From Octopus bimaculoides (Eukaryota), in NCBI RefSeq assembly GCF_001194135.2, contig NC_068990.1, forward strand, positions 62,660,107 to 62,699,733: a stretch of DNA of 39,627 bases. Reading direction: 5' to 3'. Below the pieces are notes generated by a model. The model saw only the letters and a list, made by a program, of their open reading frames with translations. It had not been told where the DNA came from and did not search any database. The translations under genes and the position numbers were made by a program. This document shows, piece by piece, positions 12,214 through 24,773 of this stretch (the stretch's first letter is position 1; every line of letters starts with the position of its first letter).

Positions 12214-12829
12214 NNNNNNNNNNNNNNNNNNNNNNNNNNNNNNNNNNNNNNNNNNNNNNNNNNNNNNNNNNNNNNNNNNNNNNNNNNNNNNNNNNNNNNN
12301 NNNNNNNNNNNNNNNNNNNNNNNNNNNNNNNNNNNNNNNNNNNNNNNNNNNNNNNNNNNNNNNNNNNNNNNNNNNNNNNNNNNNNNNNNNNNNNNNNNNN
12401 NNNNNNNNNNNNNNNNNNNNNNNNNNNNNNNNNNNNNNNNNNNNNNNNNNNNNNNNNNNNNNNNNNNNNNNNNNNNNNNNNNNNNNNNNNNNNNNNNNNN
12501 NNNNNNNNNNNNNNNNNNNNNNNNNNNNNNNNNNNNNNNNNNNNNNNNNNNNNNNNNNNNNNNNNNNNNNNNNNNNNNNNNNNNNNNNNNNNNNNNNNNN
12601 NNNNNNNNNNNNNNNNNNNNNNNNNNNNNNNNNNNNNNNNNNNNNNNNNNNNNNNNNNNNNNNNNNNNNNNNNNNNNNNNNNNNNNNNNNNNNNNNNNNN
12701 NNNNNNNNNNNNNNNNNNNNNNNTATATATATATATATATATGCATATATACATACGTATATGTACAAACATCTATACGTACATATATTTGTATATGGAG
12801 GCATAGGACATCATGAAAGGTGCACACAA

Positions 12830-13265
12830 AAAATACGAAGTACGAGTCCATGGAATGTGAACTATTTTTTCGCACAACGAAAGGCACAAATGGAAAACAA
12901 GACAACCAACATAAAGACCGACCCTTCATCAGCTGTTGGCTGCTTTTCTACTCACGTATTTCGAGTATTTAACAACAATATATGCTTTCGATAAAACAGT
13001 TGCTACCGCAAAGCAAATTAAATAAAGTTTGCGATTTTGCGGAGGGTCAAAATTGGTAACACAAACAGGACAGGAAAAACAAACAGGAAGGGTTGCTAAG
13101 CCTAAACAAGGTTATGGTGGCGAACGCGTAAATCAAGCGTGGTCAGGAGACAGACAAGAACACGTTTTCCTTGTTCCAGCTACAACGGAGAGAACGAAAG
13201 AAACACAAGCTCGGAGAAGAAAAAAAGATGGCCGATGGTCACGTGAGATCCACGTGAGCAAGTGA
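12830..13265 (-). repeat. Unclassified interspersed repeat, possibly Penelope pLTR-related
   Basis: Complex non-coding block with CTGATGA and CGAAA motifs on the minus strand. Recognised only as repeat-like; no second copy in the window. Confidence 0.3.
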
Positions 13266-13504
13266 GGAGGAGTGAGGGAGAGAGAGTAATAGGATAGAAT
13301 AGTGGGAGAAGAGGAGGTAAAATAATAAGAGAGAGGAAGAGAAAAACGAAAGAGTAAAAAGATCGTATAGAGCGTATCAAAATTATTAAGATAAAACTTA
13401 CTTGGAAGAGGATGCGTGACGTTCAATCATATAACAATATAAATAATATATAAGTATATCCATATATGTGTATTTATGTGTATATCTATCTATCTATACA
13501 CGCT

Positions 13505-13539
<35 letters not shown>

Positions 13540-13629
13540 GCGGTTAGATATTCTATATTTAATTTACGCACGAAACCGCAAAATTGAATTTTAAAATAAG
13601 GTGTAATATTATTGAAGTTAAACGTAAAG

Positions 13630-14831
13630 TCTGTTGTGTGTGTAAGTGCATTTTGCATTTTGGATATTTGCATTTTATATTATTTATTTTTGTTAAGTTT
13701 ACNNNNNNNNNNNNNNNNNNNNNNNNNNNNNNNNNNNNNNNNNNNNNNNNNNNNNNNNNNNNNNNNNNNNNNNNNNNNNNNNNNNNNNNNNNNNNNNNNN
13801 NNNNNNNNNNNNNNNNNNNNNNNNNNNNTATTCATAATACTTCCTGGTTTGCCAAAATATGTGGAAGCAACATTTTCGTAAAAGATAAGACAATTAAAAT
13901 ATAGGAAAATTCAAAACCAGTTCAAATTATTAGGAAGAAAATCTAGCAATAAGCGTTTGCTGAAAAATACAAGAAAATCTAAAGATAGTATATTATGACG
14001 TCTTTCAGCTATTTTGGCTGTCGAGAGACAATTGGTCGAACTAAAAGTTACATCGCACTGGTTGTATATGTATGTGCCTGGTTGAACATGCGCTAAACGA
14101 TAAAATCAGAAATTGCGCTTCATGCCCTATTGTGGGTTAAATTCGGTTGTGTGCAATTTTTAGTAAAATTTTCTTGGAAAACTGCGGAGTTCTTTCAGAG
14201 CATCTGGAAAAACAGTGATTTTAATGATCGAAGGAATACTCAACACATGCTGTAGAGTATATTGTTGAAGTAAGCTGAATATTTATCTCCTGACTCGATA
14301 TCACACCATTGCGCTCTTTAGGAGAAAACTGATATAGCCCGATGTAGGATAATTTTTATAGCTGGGGAGTTTTTGTGTTTCTTGACTGGACAAATATTTG
14401 TTTTTATTGTGTTGTTTCTGTATTGTTGTTGTTGTTGTTTTTTATTGTGCTGCTTCTTGATCTGTGCATTTCCTTCATTGGAAATATGTTTCGTATTTCA
14501 TGGATATTGATATTAGTATTCATACATGGATAGTTTCTTAAGAGTAGCTGTGCAAATGTGTATTTTGAATTTTGTTTTTGGTCAAGGTTAAGTGATTTAA
14601 AGATTTGCTTGTGTGTCGATTTAGAGGTTTCTATATTGATCTGCAGTTTTATTTTCATTTTTTATTAGGTTTGTGGACGGGAGGATACTGAATTTATCTG
14701 TTAAACTAATTAGAGTAGTTTGTCTCTTGGTCAATTCCTCCATAAACATCCCCGTCCAATGAGAGAAACAGACTCGACCACAAAGCAAACATCTTCATTT
14801 AATGTTGGTCAAGGTTTAAAGAACAGTTTGT

Positions 14832-14880
<49 letters not shown>

Positions 14881-14990
14881 CGTGTGTGTGTGTGTGTGTG
14901 TGCGCGTGTGCGTGCGCATCTGTTGTGTGTGTAAGTGCATTTTGCATTTTGGATATTTGCATTTTATATTATTTATTTTTGTTAAGTTTA
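13630..14990 (+). repeat. Perfect 72-bp direct repeat (13630-13701 and 14919-14990)
   Basis: TCTGTTGTGTGTGTAAGTGCATTTTGCATTTTGGATATTTGCATTTTATATTATTTATTTTTGTTAAGTTTA is identical in both places. Confidence 0.95.
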
Positions 14991-15900
14991 TAGGGGAATA
15001 TGCAATTCATTTGTTGGACTAATTAAAGTTGTTTATCCCCCAGTTGAGTCTGCCTCACTCCTCAGAAGGAGGGCTGGGGTTCATAGCAAGGATTTCTTGT
15101 GAGTGCCATTGCTAAAGTGTGTTTTGTCTTGATTTTTGTCACGAGTAAAGTGCATAAAGACATACTCTGTGTGTGTGTTGGGGGGGGGGATAGGGGGGTG
15201 CACGCATGTGTGGATGCACTTACACTTTTTTGTATTTCATTTGGCCTACTATATCAGTTATTAATGGTTCGTGAGTTTGTATGTGAGTGCATGTTTGTAT
15301 GTGTGTATGTTTTGATTAAAAAGCTTGTTATTTATCTTTATGTATGTGCTCATGCAGTATACTGTACGTATAACCAGAGTTGGTGGTTTGTAGTTCGATT
15401 CGTGTCACTGCCAAATTTTGTGTGACTATGTATTCTGTTTGTGTAGGATGTGGCGCTTGTATATTTGGGTAGGTATGTGTAAATGTGTGTTTGAATCTGA
15501 AATTTGTTTTATTAGTTTTGAATATTATAGAATTTTTGAAGATGAATTTATTTTCGTGTTTGTAGTTTGAGATAATCTCAGCTTTCTTGTTTAGTGTGTG
15601 TTTATTTTCTGTGATTATGTTGTACTTTTCTATTAGACACAGTGGTACTTATCGAAGTCTTTTATGCATGACGGTACTCACTCTATCGGTTCACTTTTTT
15701 TATGTTAGTGATTATATATATATATATATATGAAAAATGTGTCTATTATGACTGATATTATATTACATCTACCAGCATCACAAGTGAAATGCAACGTATT
15801 AAAAATAACAGAGTTAGATAACCATATTTACACCAAAACATAAGTAAATATTCGCGTATGTATACGTATAAACATATGTGCATATTATGTATGTATGTGC

Positions 15901-15943
<43 letters not shown>

Positions 15944-16164
15944 GTGTGCGTNNNNNNNNNNNNNNNNNNNNNNNNNNNNNNNNNNNNNNNNNNNNNNNNN
16001 NNNNNNNNNNNNNNNNNNNNNNNNNNNNNNNNNNNNNNNNNNNNNNNNNNNNNNNNNNNNNNNNNNNNNNNNNNNNNNNNNNNNNNNNNNNNNNNNNNNN
16101 NNNNNNNNNNNNNNNNNNNNNNNNNNNNNNNNNNNNNNNNNNNNNNNNNNNNNNNNNNNNNNNN

Positions 16165-16214
<50 letters not shown>

Positions 16215-16639
16215 CACACACACACACACATGCACAAAACATCCGGACCGCCATATAATAAAGTGAATGTTGATACACTTAATGTAGTGACACAAATACA
16301 AAACGCTCCATCTTTAAAATGTATATTTGTGCGTATAGAATGGAAAATCCATCGCATAGGTAAAGATGCAGTCAAAAAGGACAAAGGAACAACTTCGTCA
16401 TTTGAATAAATCTTAAATGAATTGGGCAGGCAGGCATGCAAATGTGAGGAGGTTTTAGCTAGACAGGAGTGTACATCAGGGGCACTATTGATTTCAAGCG
16501 TCGCTACCTTGCTCACCTGTGCTCGTATTCAAATAGAGGCTCTCAACTCTCTACTACATATATCTATCACCTAAAGTCTCAGGATATACTCTATATCTAT
16601 TTCAGGTCCATAGTACGTAAGCGTTCTTAGTGAAACATA

Positions 16640-16962
16640 ATCTAATCAGGACTTCCACATCCCGGCACTAGCACTCCGTCGGTTACGACGACAAGGGATC
16701 CTCCTCACGAAATTAACATGCAAGTGGCTGAAAACTTCAGACACGTGTATCCTTAAAGTAGTTCTCAAAGAGATTCAGAGTGACACAGGATGTATTAAGG
16801 CTGGCTCTTCGAGATACAACTGCTTCTTATTTTTTCGAAGCGAGTGGACTGCAGTAACAGGAAATAAAGTGTCTTGCTCAATGACACAACGCATTTCTAA
16901 GTATCGAACTCACGATGTTAAGATCATGAGACAAATGCTCTAACAATTAAGCCATACGTTTT
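16640..16962 (-). mobile_element. SINE family D
   Basis: GAGTGGACTGCAGTAACAGGAAATAAAGTGTCTTGCTCAATGACACAACGC and a tRNA-like end, as in 4718-4945 but with a longer 3' part. Confidence 0.75.
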
Positions 16963-17068
16963 CACAAATTCGAAATAGTGACAAGGTGGAACCAACCCAA
17001 GGATACTTTTAACACGAGATACATTTTTTTTATGTGAACAGATATATCAAACGTAGTCAGCAAAAGTA

Positions 17069-17104
<36 letters not shown>

Positions 17105-17415
17105 GGAGGGTATATGTATTTCTGTACTTTTATATGTATATGTGTATCTATTTATGTGCATCATTGATACCAGTGCATCATACGTTTGTTCAGTCGAGAA
17201 ACATTCTAAGTAAAGCTAGTTATCTCTCATTGTTCCACAGCTCAGAAGTTCACAAAGACTTTGGATTGTTTAATGTTTTCAGCTTGTATGATCACTCGTT
17301 AATTAACTAGCTTAGAATAATATAAATTGCATTAGTATACTCAAGTGATAATTTGAAATCTGACACCTTGTTAATTCTGTTTTTCTATATGTTTCTGAAC
17401 AACACCTCACACGAA

Positions 17416-17488
<73 letters not shown>

Positions 17489-17537
17489 ACACACACACAC
17501 ACACGCACGGCAGGCACGCAAATACGCCCGCACATAC

Positions 17538-17591
17538 TGCAATCCTTTACATCAAGGTTCACCAGAAACTCAACGCCCGAAGCTATAATAT
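17538..17591 (-). CDS. Candidate 54-nt exon of an unidentified gene
   Basis: Long pyrimidine-rich acceptor TGTTTTATTTCCAGTATGTTTCTTAACAG and donor GCA|GTATGT. Phase 1-1 frame is open (DIIASGVEFLVNLDVKDC). GC-richer than flanks. Confidence 0.3.
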
Positions 17592-18654
17592 CTGTTAAGA
17601 AACATACTGGAAATAAAACAGAGTGATCACCTTTGATCCAGTAAACTACAATCTTTGAAGAGTTAATAAGGTGATGAGAATCCTCTATTTTCATATCAGA
17701 ATATCATTAAATCAACCAAAGTGGGAATTACAGATAATTTAATTAACATTATTTCAATTCCCGGAGGTAGCTCGTATAACATAGTTAGTTCTAGACTGGA
17801 GCCCATAAAAATTTAGCATTTTAAGACTATGTCATTACTATAAACATTTTATTATTTTACTCGGAATTATATTCTATTGAATATAAATTTCCAGAGAAAT
17901 CGGTTTATTTCCTTGCTTGAAGTACAATGGATTGTAAAATATTCCTAAGTGTCTTCTCATAACACGAATAAGTACTGAGGCCTTAAGAGAAACATGAACT
18001 TTGAAACTATAGGTTGACCGAATGCATAACCGCTTAACACAGTTAGATTTAGAAATCTAACAAGAGTGAGTGAAAAATGAAGGGTGGGAGAAGGATTACT
18101 GGATCTGTTTCGATCGTGTTCCAGTTAATAAATTATAACAATTATTTAAAAAAAATAATAACAAAATAAAACCTATCCAAACCTGATAACAATTTGCCAT
18201 TACTTAACCGCAGATCAATTCCTGACGAGTAGACTTAAGAAGAGATATATTTCAATCAAAACTGTCTCATCTTTATTTCATATCTTGAACTACATTGGTC
18301 AAGATATTCTTCCATCAATGACATGGTGTTATTTCAGAAAGTTTGGTTATTAACGCCAACGTTTTTAGCAACCAAGTAGAGACTGTCATTTCGTCTCGGA
18401 TCAAAAGCATTATATTGAGAAACAACACACCACGAGACTGTGAAAACAGTTTCTCTCCTTTTTTTAATATTTGTTCAATTCGATTATTTTCTTTTAACAT
18501 GTATGGAAAAAATTCGTTTCAGACAATTTATAACTGCGATCTTTATCCCATGCAACATGGAGAGATAGAAAGCAATAAATTGAGGCGGTAATTTTACGTT
18601 TGTACCATCTATTTATAAAAAATGTCACTGACAAATTGCCTTCTATCCTTCTAA

Positions 18655-18860
18655 TCGTTTGTCTTTCGGCCACTGGACTGTAGCCTTGCTGGAGCACAAG
18701 CTTAAACGGTTATTCAATATAAAATTTACTCAGTAGTTATTCTGTGAAGTTTTGCACTTATTCTATCAATTCCTTTTGGACCAACTACTAAATTACGGAG
18801 GTAAGGAAGCCATCATCGGTTGTCGAGCAGTGACAAAGTCAAAGACAAAGACACACACGT
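18655..18860 (-). mobile_element. SINE family A, decayed 3' half
   Basis: TTTCGGCCACTGGACTGTAGCCTTGCTGGAGCAC...CATCGGTTGTCGAGC aligns by eye to 22862-23060. Confidence 0.65.
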
Positions 18861-18922
18861 ACACACAATGTGTAGATCTGCGTGTGTGTATATATACATA
18901 TGTGTGTGCGTGTGTATGTGTG

Positions 18923-18924
<2 letters not shown>

Positions 18925-19000
<76 letters not shown>
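18925..19000. repeat. (TA)n microsatellite
   Basis: Read directly. Confidence 0.95.
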
Positions 19001-19006
<6 letters not shown>

Positions 19007-19450
19007 AACATAATTAAGGGATCAGCAAGCATTTGCTTCACCATATACCGAAGTTCAGAAATAGCAGCTAAAAAAGCTGAGACTCCAACAGATAGCATTA
19101 CTTGTAACTCACAAAGGCAACAACAAGAAAAAAAAACAATGAATACTAACCATTTAAAGTTAATCATAGACGCGTTTCTGGATTATGAATGATAAATTTC
19201 AATTTCTGTCATCGGTATGATATTCCAGTAGTACATTCGACTATGCTAGCAAACCGCGCAAGTATGAACGAGTGAATATCATGCCTCGACACAATCTGAG
19301 AGCATAACCGAACTTACCTCGGCCAGTCATTCCACTACTTCCTCCTCAAGAATTTACCATGTGCGTTACAAACAATACCGCAGAAACTTTGCGTTAACTA
19401 TCAGGGAGTGGAAGCAAATGCTTGCTGATCCCTTAATTATGTTTATAAAT
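19000..19450. mobile_element. 451-bp non-coding element with perfect 40-bp terminal inverted repeats
   Basis: ATTTATAAACATAATTAAGGGATCAGCAAGCATTTGCTTC at 19000-19039 is the exact reverse complement of 19411-19450. The left end abuts (TA)n. Confidence 0.85.
19163..19221 (-). ncRNA. Minimal type I hammerhead ribozyme fold, probably decayed
   Basis: Minus strand reads AUCAUA-CCGAUGA-(30 nt)-GAAA-CGCGUC-UAUGAU. It has a 6-bp stem I, a core with U4C, GAAA, palindromic stem III ACGCGU and a GUC cleavage triplet. Stem II lacks its closing pair. Confidence 0.6.
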
Positions 19451-20209
19451 GTATGGGAACTTTTAAATAAGTTCTCCACCGATAATGGTGCTTACATACT
19501 GAAGGGCTNNNNNNNNNNNNNNNNNNNNNNNNNNNNNNNNNNNNNNNNNNNNNNNNNNNNNNNNNNNNNNNNNNNNNNNNNNNNNNNNNNNNNNNNNNNN
19601 NNNNNNNNNNNNNNNNNNNNNNNNNNNNNNNNNNNNNNNNNNNNNNNNNNNNNNNNNNNNNNNNNNNNNNNNNNNNNNNNNNNNNNNNNNNNNNNNNNNN
19701 NNNNNNNNNNNNNNNNNNNNNNNNNNNNNNNNNNNNNNNNNNNNNNNNNNNNNNNNNNNNNNNNNNNNNNNNNNNNNNNNNNNNNNNNNNNNNNNNNNNN
19801 NNNNNNNNNNNNNNNNNNNNNNNNNNNNNNNNNNNNNNNNNNNNNNNNNNNNNNNNNNNNNNNNNNNNNNNNNNNNNNNNNNNNNNNNNNNNNNNNNNNN
19901 NNNNNNNNNNNNNNNNNNNNNNNNNNNNNNNNNNNNNNNNNNNNNNNNNNNNNNNNNNNNNNNNNNNNNNNNNNNNNNNNNNNNNNNNNNNNNNNNNNNN
20001 NNNNNNNNNNNNNNNNNNNNNNNNNNNNNNNNNNNNNNNNNNNNNNNNNNNNNNNNNNNNNNNNNNNNNNNNNNNNNNNNNNNNNNNNNNNNNNNNNNNN
20101 NNNNNNNNNNNNNNNNNNNNNNNNNNNNNNNNNNNNNNNNNNNNNNNNNNNNNNNNNNNNNNNNNNNNNNNNNNNNNNNNNNNNNNNNNNNNNNNNNNNN
20201 NNNNNNNNN

Positions 20210-20246
<37 letters not shown>

Positions 20247-20374
20247 TATACATATGTATGCATGTATGTATGTATGTATGTATGTATGCGTGTGTGTTTA
20301 TTCGGGGTTTTTGTGTAGTTTACCTCTTCCAAATTCATGCGCAATGTATTAGCCGTCCTGGAACTATAATACAA

Positions 20375-20468
20375 AAGCCATGCCTAAAGTGCCGCACAGT
20401 GGTAACGAACCGTTAAATATGTTGGTTACGAAACGAAATTTCTAACCTTGCAACCATGCCAGCGACTA
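20375..20468 (-). mobile_element. SINE family A head fragment
   Basis: AAAGTGCCGCACAGTGGTAACGAACC...TGTTGGTTACGAAAC parallels 38541-38600. Confidence 0.55.
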
Positions 20469-20475
20469 AATGGTC

Positions 20476-20560
20476 TACAGTAAAAACGCATGTAATTCAC
20501 GTACTTTCTTTGCCAAAATAAAGTTTAGTAGGTGCGTAAATTACATGAGTAGATCGTTTC
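20476..20560 (+). mobile_element. Possible pogo/Tigger-like terminus
   Basis: TA|CAGTAAAAACGCATGTAATTCACGTAC, with a subterminal inverted copy GTGCGTAAATTACATG (14/16 match). Confidence 0.35.
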
Positions 20561-20679
20561 CAGAATTTTTAAGAATTGTTTTTTGTTGAAAAAAGACATA
20601 CAAAACGTAAACATTCATACCGGAAGTTGACTCATTTAATATGAGAATATGTTTTTACAGAAAAAAATAAAGGTTTAAA

Positions 20680-21191
20680 TACATGATGTTCAAAAAGTCT
20701 CTCCGTAGTGAATTCTTTTCATCCTGCGCATGCGCAACTTGTCAATCACTGCGTGGATGGCCTGTTGTCAACCATTGACCCTCAGTCATTGTGTACCCTT
20801 CATCGAGTCGACATGCTAACCATTGAAGAAAGTACGCTTTTAGTTGAATGGGTGTTTCGAGCTGGAACAAATACACAGATACTGTGAAACAGAAGTTCAG
20901 TGAAACTTTTCCAAATACTGTTGTTCCACATCGTGACACAGTGCGGGATTTGATAAGAAAATTTAGAAACACAAGCTCAGTGGAAGACGCAGCAAGAAGC
21001 GGTAGGCATGCTGTTCTTTCAGACGAAACACTCCAATATTTCTGATAAACTGTTGGCAAGCCCGTCAAAGTCCTTACGCAAATTGTCACAGGAACAGGAA
21101 ATCAGCTTAGGAAGTGCTCACAGGCCAGTAAAAAAGAAATTAAATTTTATGTCTTTAAAATGAAGGACGACACTTTCAACACCTCTTATAA
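20680..21191 (+). mobile_element. Tc1/mariner element, internally deleted (HTH region kept, catalytic domain lost)
   Basis: TIR-like TA|CATGATGTTCAAAAAGTC. ATG at 20813 gives MLTIEESTLLVEW; frameshifted continuation KQKFSETFPNTVVPHRDTVRDLIRKFRNTSSVEDAARSGR...SPSKSLRKLSQ...KKKLNF joins directly to the C-terminal NEGRHFQHLL* (stop 21189-21191). Confidence 0.85.
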
Positions 21192-22643
21192 AGATTTTTA
21201 AAGTCTTGTAAAGTCTAATATATTCTTTTGTAGTCTTATACCATCTTATAAATATTTATTTTGCAATAAATCTAACCATAAGTAAGTGAAATTATGTTAA
21301 ATACAATTAAATTTGAAACCTTACCCCACTGGCCATNNNNNNNNNNNNNNNNNNNNNNNNNNNNNNNNNNNNNNNNNNNNNNNNNNNNNNNNNNNNNNNN
21401 NNNNNNNNNNNNNNNNNNNNNNNNNNNNNNNNNNNNNNNNNNNNNNNNNNNNNNNNNNNNNNNNNNNNNNNNNNNNNNNNNNNNNNNNNNNNNNNNNNNN
21501 NNNNNNNNNNNNNNNNNNNNNNNNNNNNNNNNNNNNNNNNNNNNNNNNNNNNNNNNNNNNNNNNNNNNNNNNNNNNNNNNNNNNNNNNNNNNNNNNNNNN
21601 NNNNNNNNNNNNNNNNNNNNNNNNNNNNNNNNNNNNNNNNNNNNNNNNNNNNNNNNNNNNNNNNNNNNNNNNNNNNNNNNNNNNNNNNNNNNNNNNNNNN
21701 NNNNNNNNNNNNNNNNNNNNNNNNNNNNNNNNNNNNNNNNNNNNNNNNNNNNNNNNNNNNNNNNNNNNNNNNNNNNNNNNNNNNNNNNNNNNNNNNNNNN
21801 NNNNNNNNNNNNNNNNNNNNNNNNNNNNNNNNNNNNNNNNNNNNNNNNNNNNNNNNNNNNNNNNNNNNNNNNNNNNNNNNNNNNNNNNNNNNNNNNNNNN
21901 NNNNNNNNNNNNNTATATACATATATATTTATATATATATAGAGAGAGAGGTGGGAAGATGGAATAGTAACGGAGGTTAACATAGTTAGGATTGGTATAA
22001 ATATATTTACATGGACCACAAAAAATACAGAATAAAAGAACAAAATGAGGTAAGAAAATATGTAAATTTATAAATCGACACCTGTTTCAGGAAACTCAGA
22101 GTTACGTAATAATCATGATAATCGTAAATTGAAGATGAAATGTTCAAAACGTCATGGATTTATAACCGGTAACCACTCCTGGATATATAACTGGCGTGAT
22201 ATTTATGTACCACATTATAGCGTTAACAAAATCTATCAAACCCGGCAATTACAGGTTTTCCCACTACTGGTGAGCTTATGTTTAACCGCCACCCTATATT
22301 GATTTTAAACAATCACTTATACTTGAGGCAGGACAGGAGGTTTGGAGCTTGGAGAGGTCTTCAGTCTCGATTTGGATTTCTCTTATAGTCATTCGTGATA
22401 ACGCAGTCCATGCCCTGGGCGAAGAATTTGGAGTGTAAATTTAAATCCTTTGGATCACTACTCTGATTTCTATACTGAGCATCCCCAGTCCTCACCTATC
22501 ACCTGTATGTATATATATATATATATATATACATAGGTGAGAAAGTTGATATGTGAAAGCACGTGGTTGGATGTATAAAAGATAATAAGAGTGAAAAAAC
22601 TACAGAAGGCTTGTGTTACATGGTTAAAATATATATTTAAATT

Positions 22644-22687
22644 ATGTTAGAAAAATGTTAGAAAAATGTTAGAAAAATGTTAGAAAA
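22644..22687. repeat. (ATGTTAGAAAA)4 minisatellite
   Basis: Four exact 11-mers. Confidence 0.95.
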
Positions 22688-22861
22688 TCTTTTTGGTATA
22701 TAAACATTGTATTTTGAGAAATAACCGGTTTTGTGTTGTCTTTTCAAATTTCTCTACTTCATTGTAACCTGTTTGCTCCAGTCTGAGAAAGAAATATATA
22801 TATATATATACACATATATATGTATGTATACACACACATATACATTATTTATATATTCTTT

Positions 22862-23060
22862 TATTCCTTTATTTGCTTCAGTCATTTGACTGCGGCCATG
22901 CTGGGGTACTGCCTTTAGTCGAACAAATCAACGCCAGGACTTATTCTTTGTGAGCCGAGTACTTATCCTATCGGTTTCTTTTGCTGAACAACTAAGTTAC
23001 GGTGACGTAAACACACCAACATCGGTTGTCAAGCTATGATGGGGACAAATACAGACACAC
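22862..23060 (-). mobile_element. SINE family A, 3' half (rest in microsatellite and gap)
   Basis: TTCAGTCATTTGACTGCGGCCATGCTGGGGTACTGCCTTTAGTCGAAC...CATCGGTTGTCAAGC. Confidence 0.85.
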
Positions 23061-23116
23061 AAGCATACACACACACACACACACATATACATATATATTT
23101 ATACATATATACATAC

Positions 23117-23157
<41 letters not shown>

Positions 23158-23705
23158 NNNNNNNNNNNNNNNNNNNNNNNNNNNNNNNNNNNNNNNNNNN
23201 NNNNNNNNNNNNNNNNNNNNNNNNNNNNNNNNNNNNNNNNNNNNNNNNNNNNNNNNNNNNNNNNNNNNNNNNNNNNNNNNNNNNNNNNNNNNNNNNNNNN
23301 NNNNNNNNNNNNNNNNNNNNNNNNNNNNNNNNNNNNNNNNNNNNNNNNNNNNNNNNNNNNNNNNNNNNNNNNNNNNNNNNNNNNNNNNNNNNNNNNNNNN
23401 NNNNNNNNNNNNNNNNNNNNNNNNNNNNNNNNNNNNNNNNNNNNNNNNNNNNNNNNNNNNNNNNNNNNNNNNNNNNNNNNNNNNNNNNNNNNNNNNNNNN
23501 NNNNNNNNNNNNNNNNNNNNNNNNNNNNNNNNNNNNNNNNNNNNNNNNNNNNNNNNNNNNNNNNNNNNNNNNNNNNNNNNNNNNNNNNNNNNNNNNNNNN
23601 NNNNNNNNNNNNNNNNNNNNNNNNNNNNNNNNNNNNNNNNNNNNNNNNNNNNNNNNNNNNNNNNNNNNNNNNNNNNNNNNNNNNNNNNNNNNNNNNNNNN
23701 NNNNN

Positions 23706-23754
<49 letters not shown>

Positions 23755-24773
23755 ATAGAGGAGTGTGAGTTTGTTTTCATATTTTAAGCAGAGTTTTGAA
23801 TCGACACAAAAAGTGAACTTTAAAATAGAAAATGGGCTTATGTTTTCCAGCACTTTTTGTTCATTTTGATGTTTCTTATACGTGTCTATACAATATCGAT
23901 TAACAGTGTATATGTATTTGTCATCATTCATATGTAGGATGAAACGAAAATCGAAAATTCAATTATCATCTCGGAAAATGATGGGATTATTTCCAAATCG
24001 AATATAAATGAGTTTATTCCAGTAAATTATATACATTAAACAACGATTAAATTGCTTTTATTTATGACAATATTTTCTGTACTATTACACGTAATTGACA
24101 CGGATCATATATCTTACTTCTGCGCATACTTTCCATCACATCAGACACTAGTTTTATTTATCTTTTTTATAAATAGCTGTAAATTTATTTCTCCCATTGA
24201 CTGCTTGGATTTTCTCAGAAAATATAATTTACAGTTATTGGGTCGCTTTGTGGTTTCGTTGGGTTAAAAATAGGGAATATTAGAATTCGGATTCTTTTCT
24301 GCGTTTACTTTTCGAACGAAATATTTTCTGATTGTCTAACCAACCAGTTTCAGCATACCGGTACATCGCTACTCCTATATAAGTCACTAGTTTCTTTCTT
24401 ACGCGATTATTTAACCCCCAGATCTGTCTAGATCGAGTCGGTCATTTTTTTTTCCTATTTTTAGACACAACATATACTTCGCTCTACATTATACAATGCT
24501 TAAAAACGATAGGGTGTGATATAAGGAGGATTTCGCTGATACATTTGCTTTTGACATGAAGTATATATCAAAGAGATTATTTCTGTCTTTCATATCCCGT
24601 TTCTCACCAAAGGTGTCATTAATTTCTCTAAAATCAATCGAAAGTTAGCCTGTTGGGTTAAGCATGTTTACAATCGCTTGTTTTTGCATAGCATCCTTTT
24701 TGTCAGTGATTTCAGTCATTGATATGTATTGTAGATATTGCTGCTGCCTGATGTTCTTACAATATTCTTGCTG

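Noticed and set aside
13920-14830. Faint Penelope GIY-YIG-like and L1-like peptide hints
   Set aside because: Matches are too fragmentary and conflict in strand, so I cannot support a call.
16606-16616. Possible 11-nt plus-strand microexon (TTTCAG|GTCCATAGTAC|GTAAGC)
   Set aside because: Splice-like motifs this short arise often by chance and there is no gene context.
22240-22800. Repeat-like block with AACCGGTT palindrome after GAAA
   Set aside because: No CUGANGA partner or pairing stems found; family not assignable.
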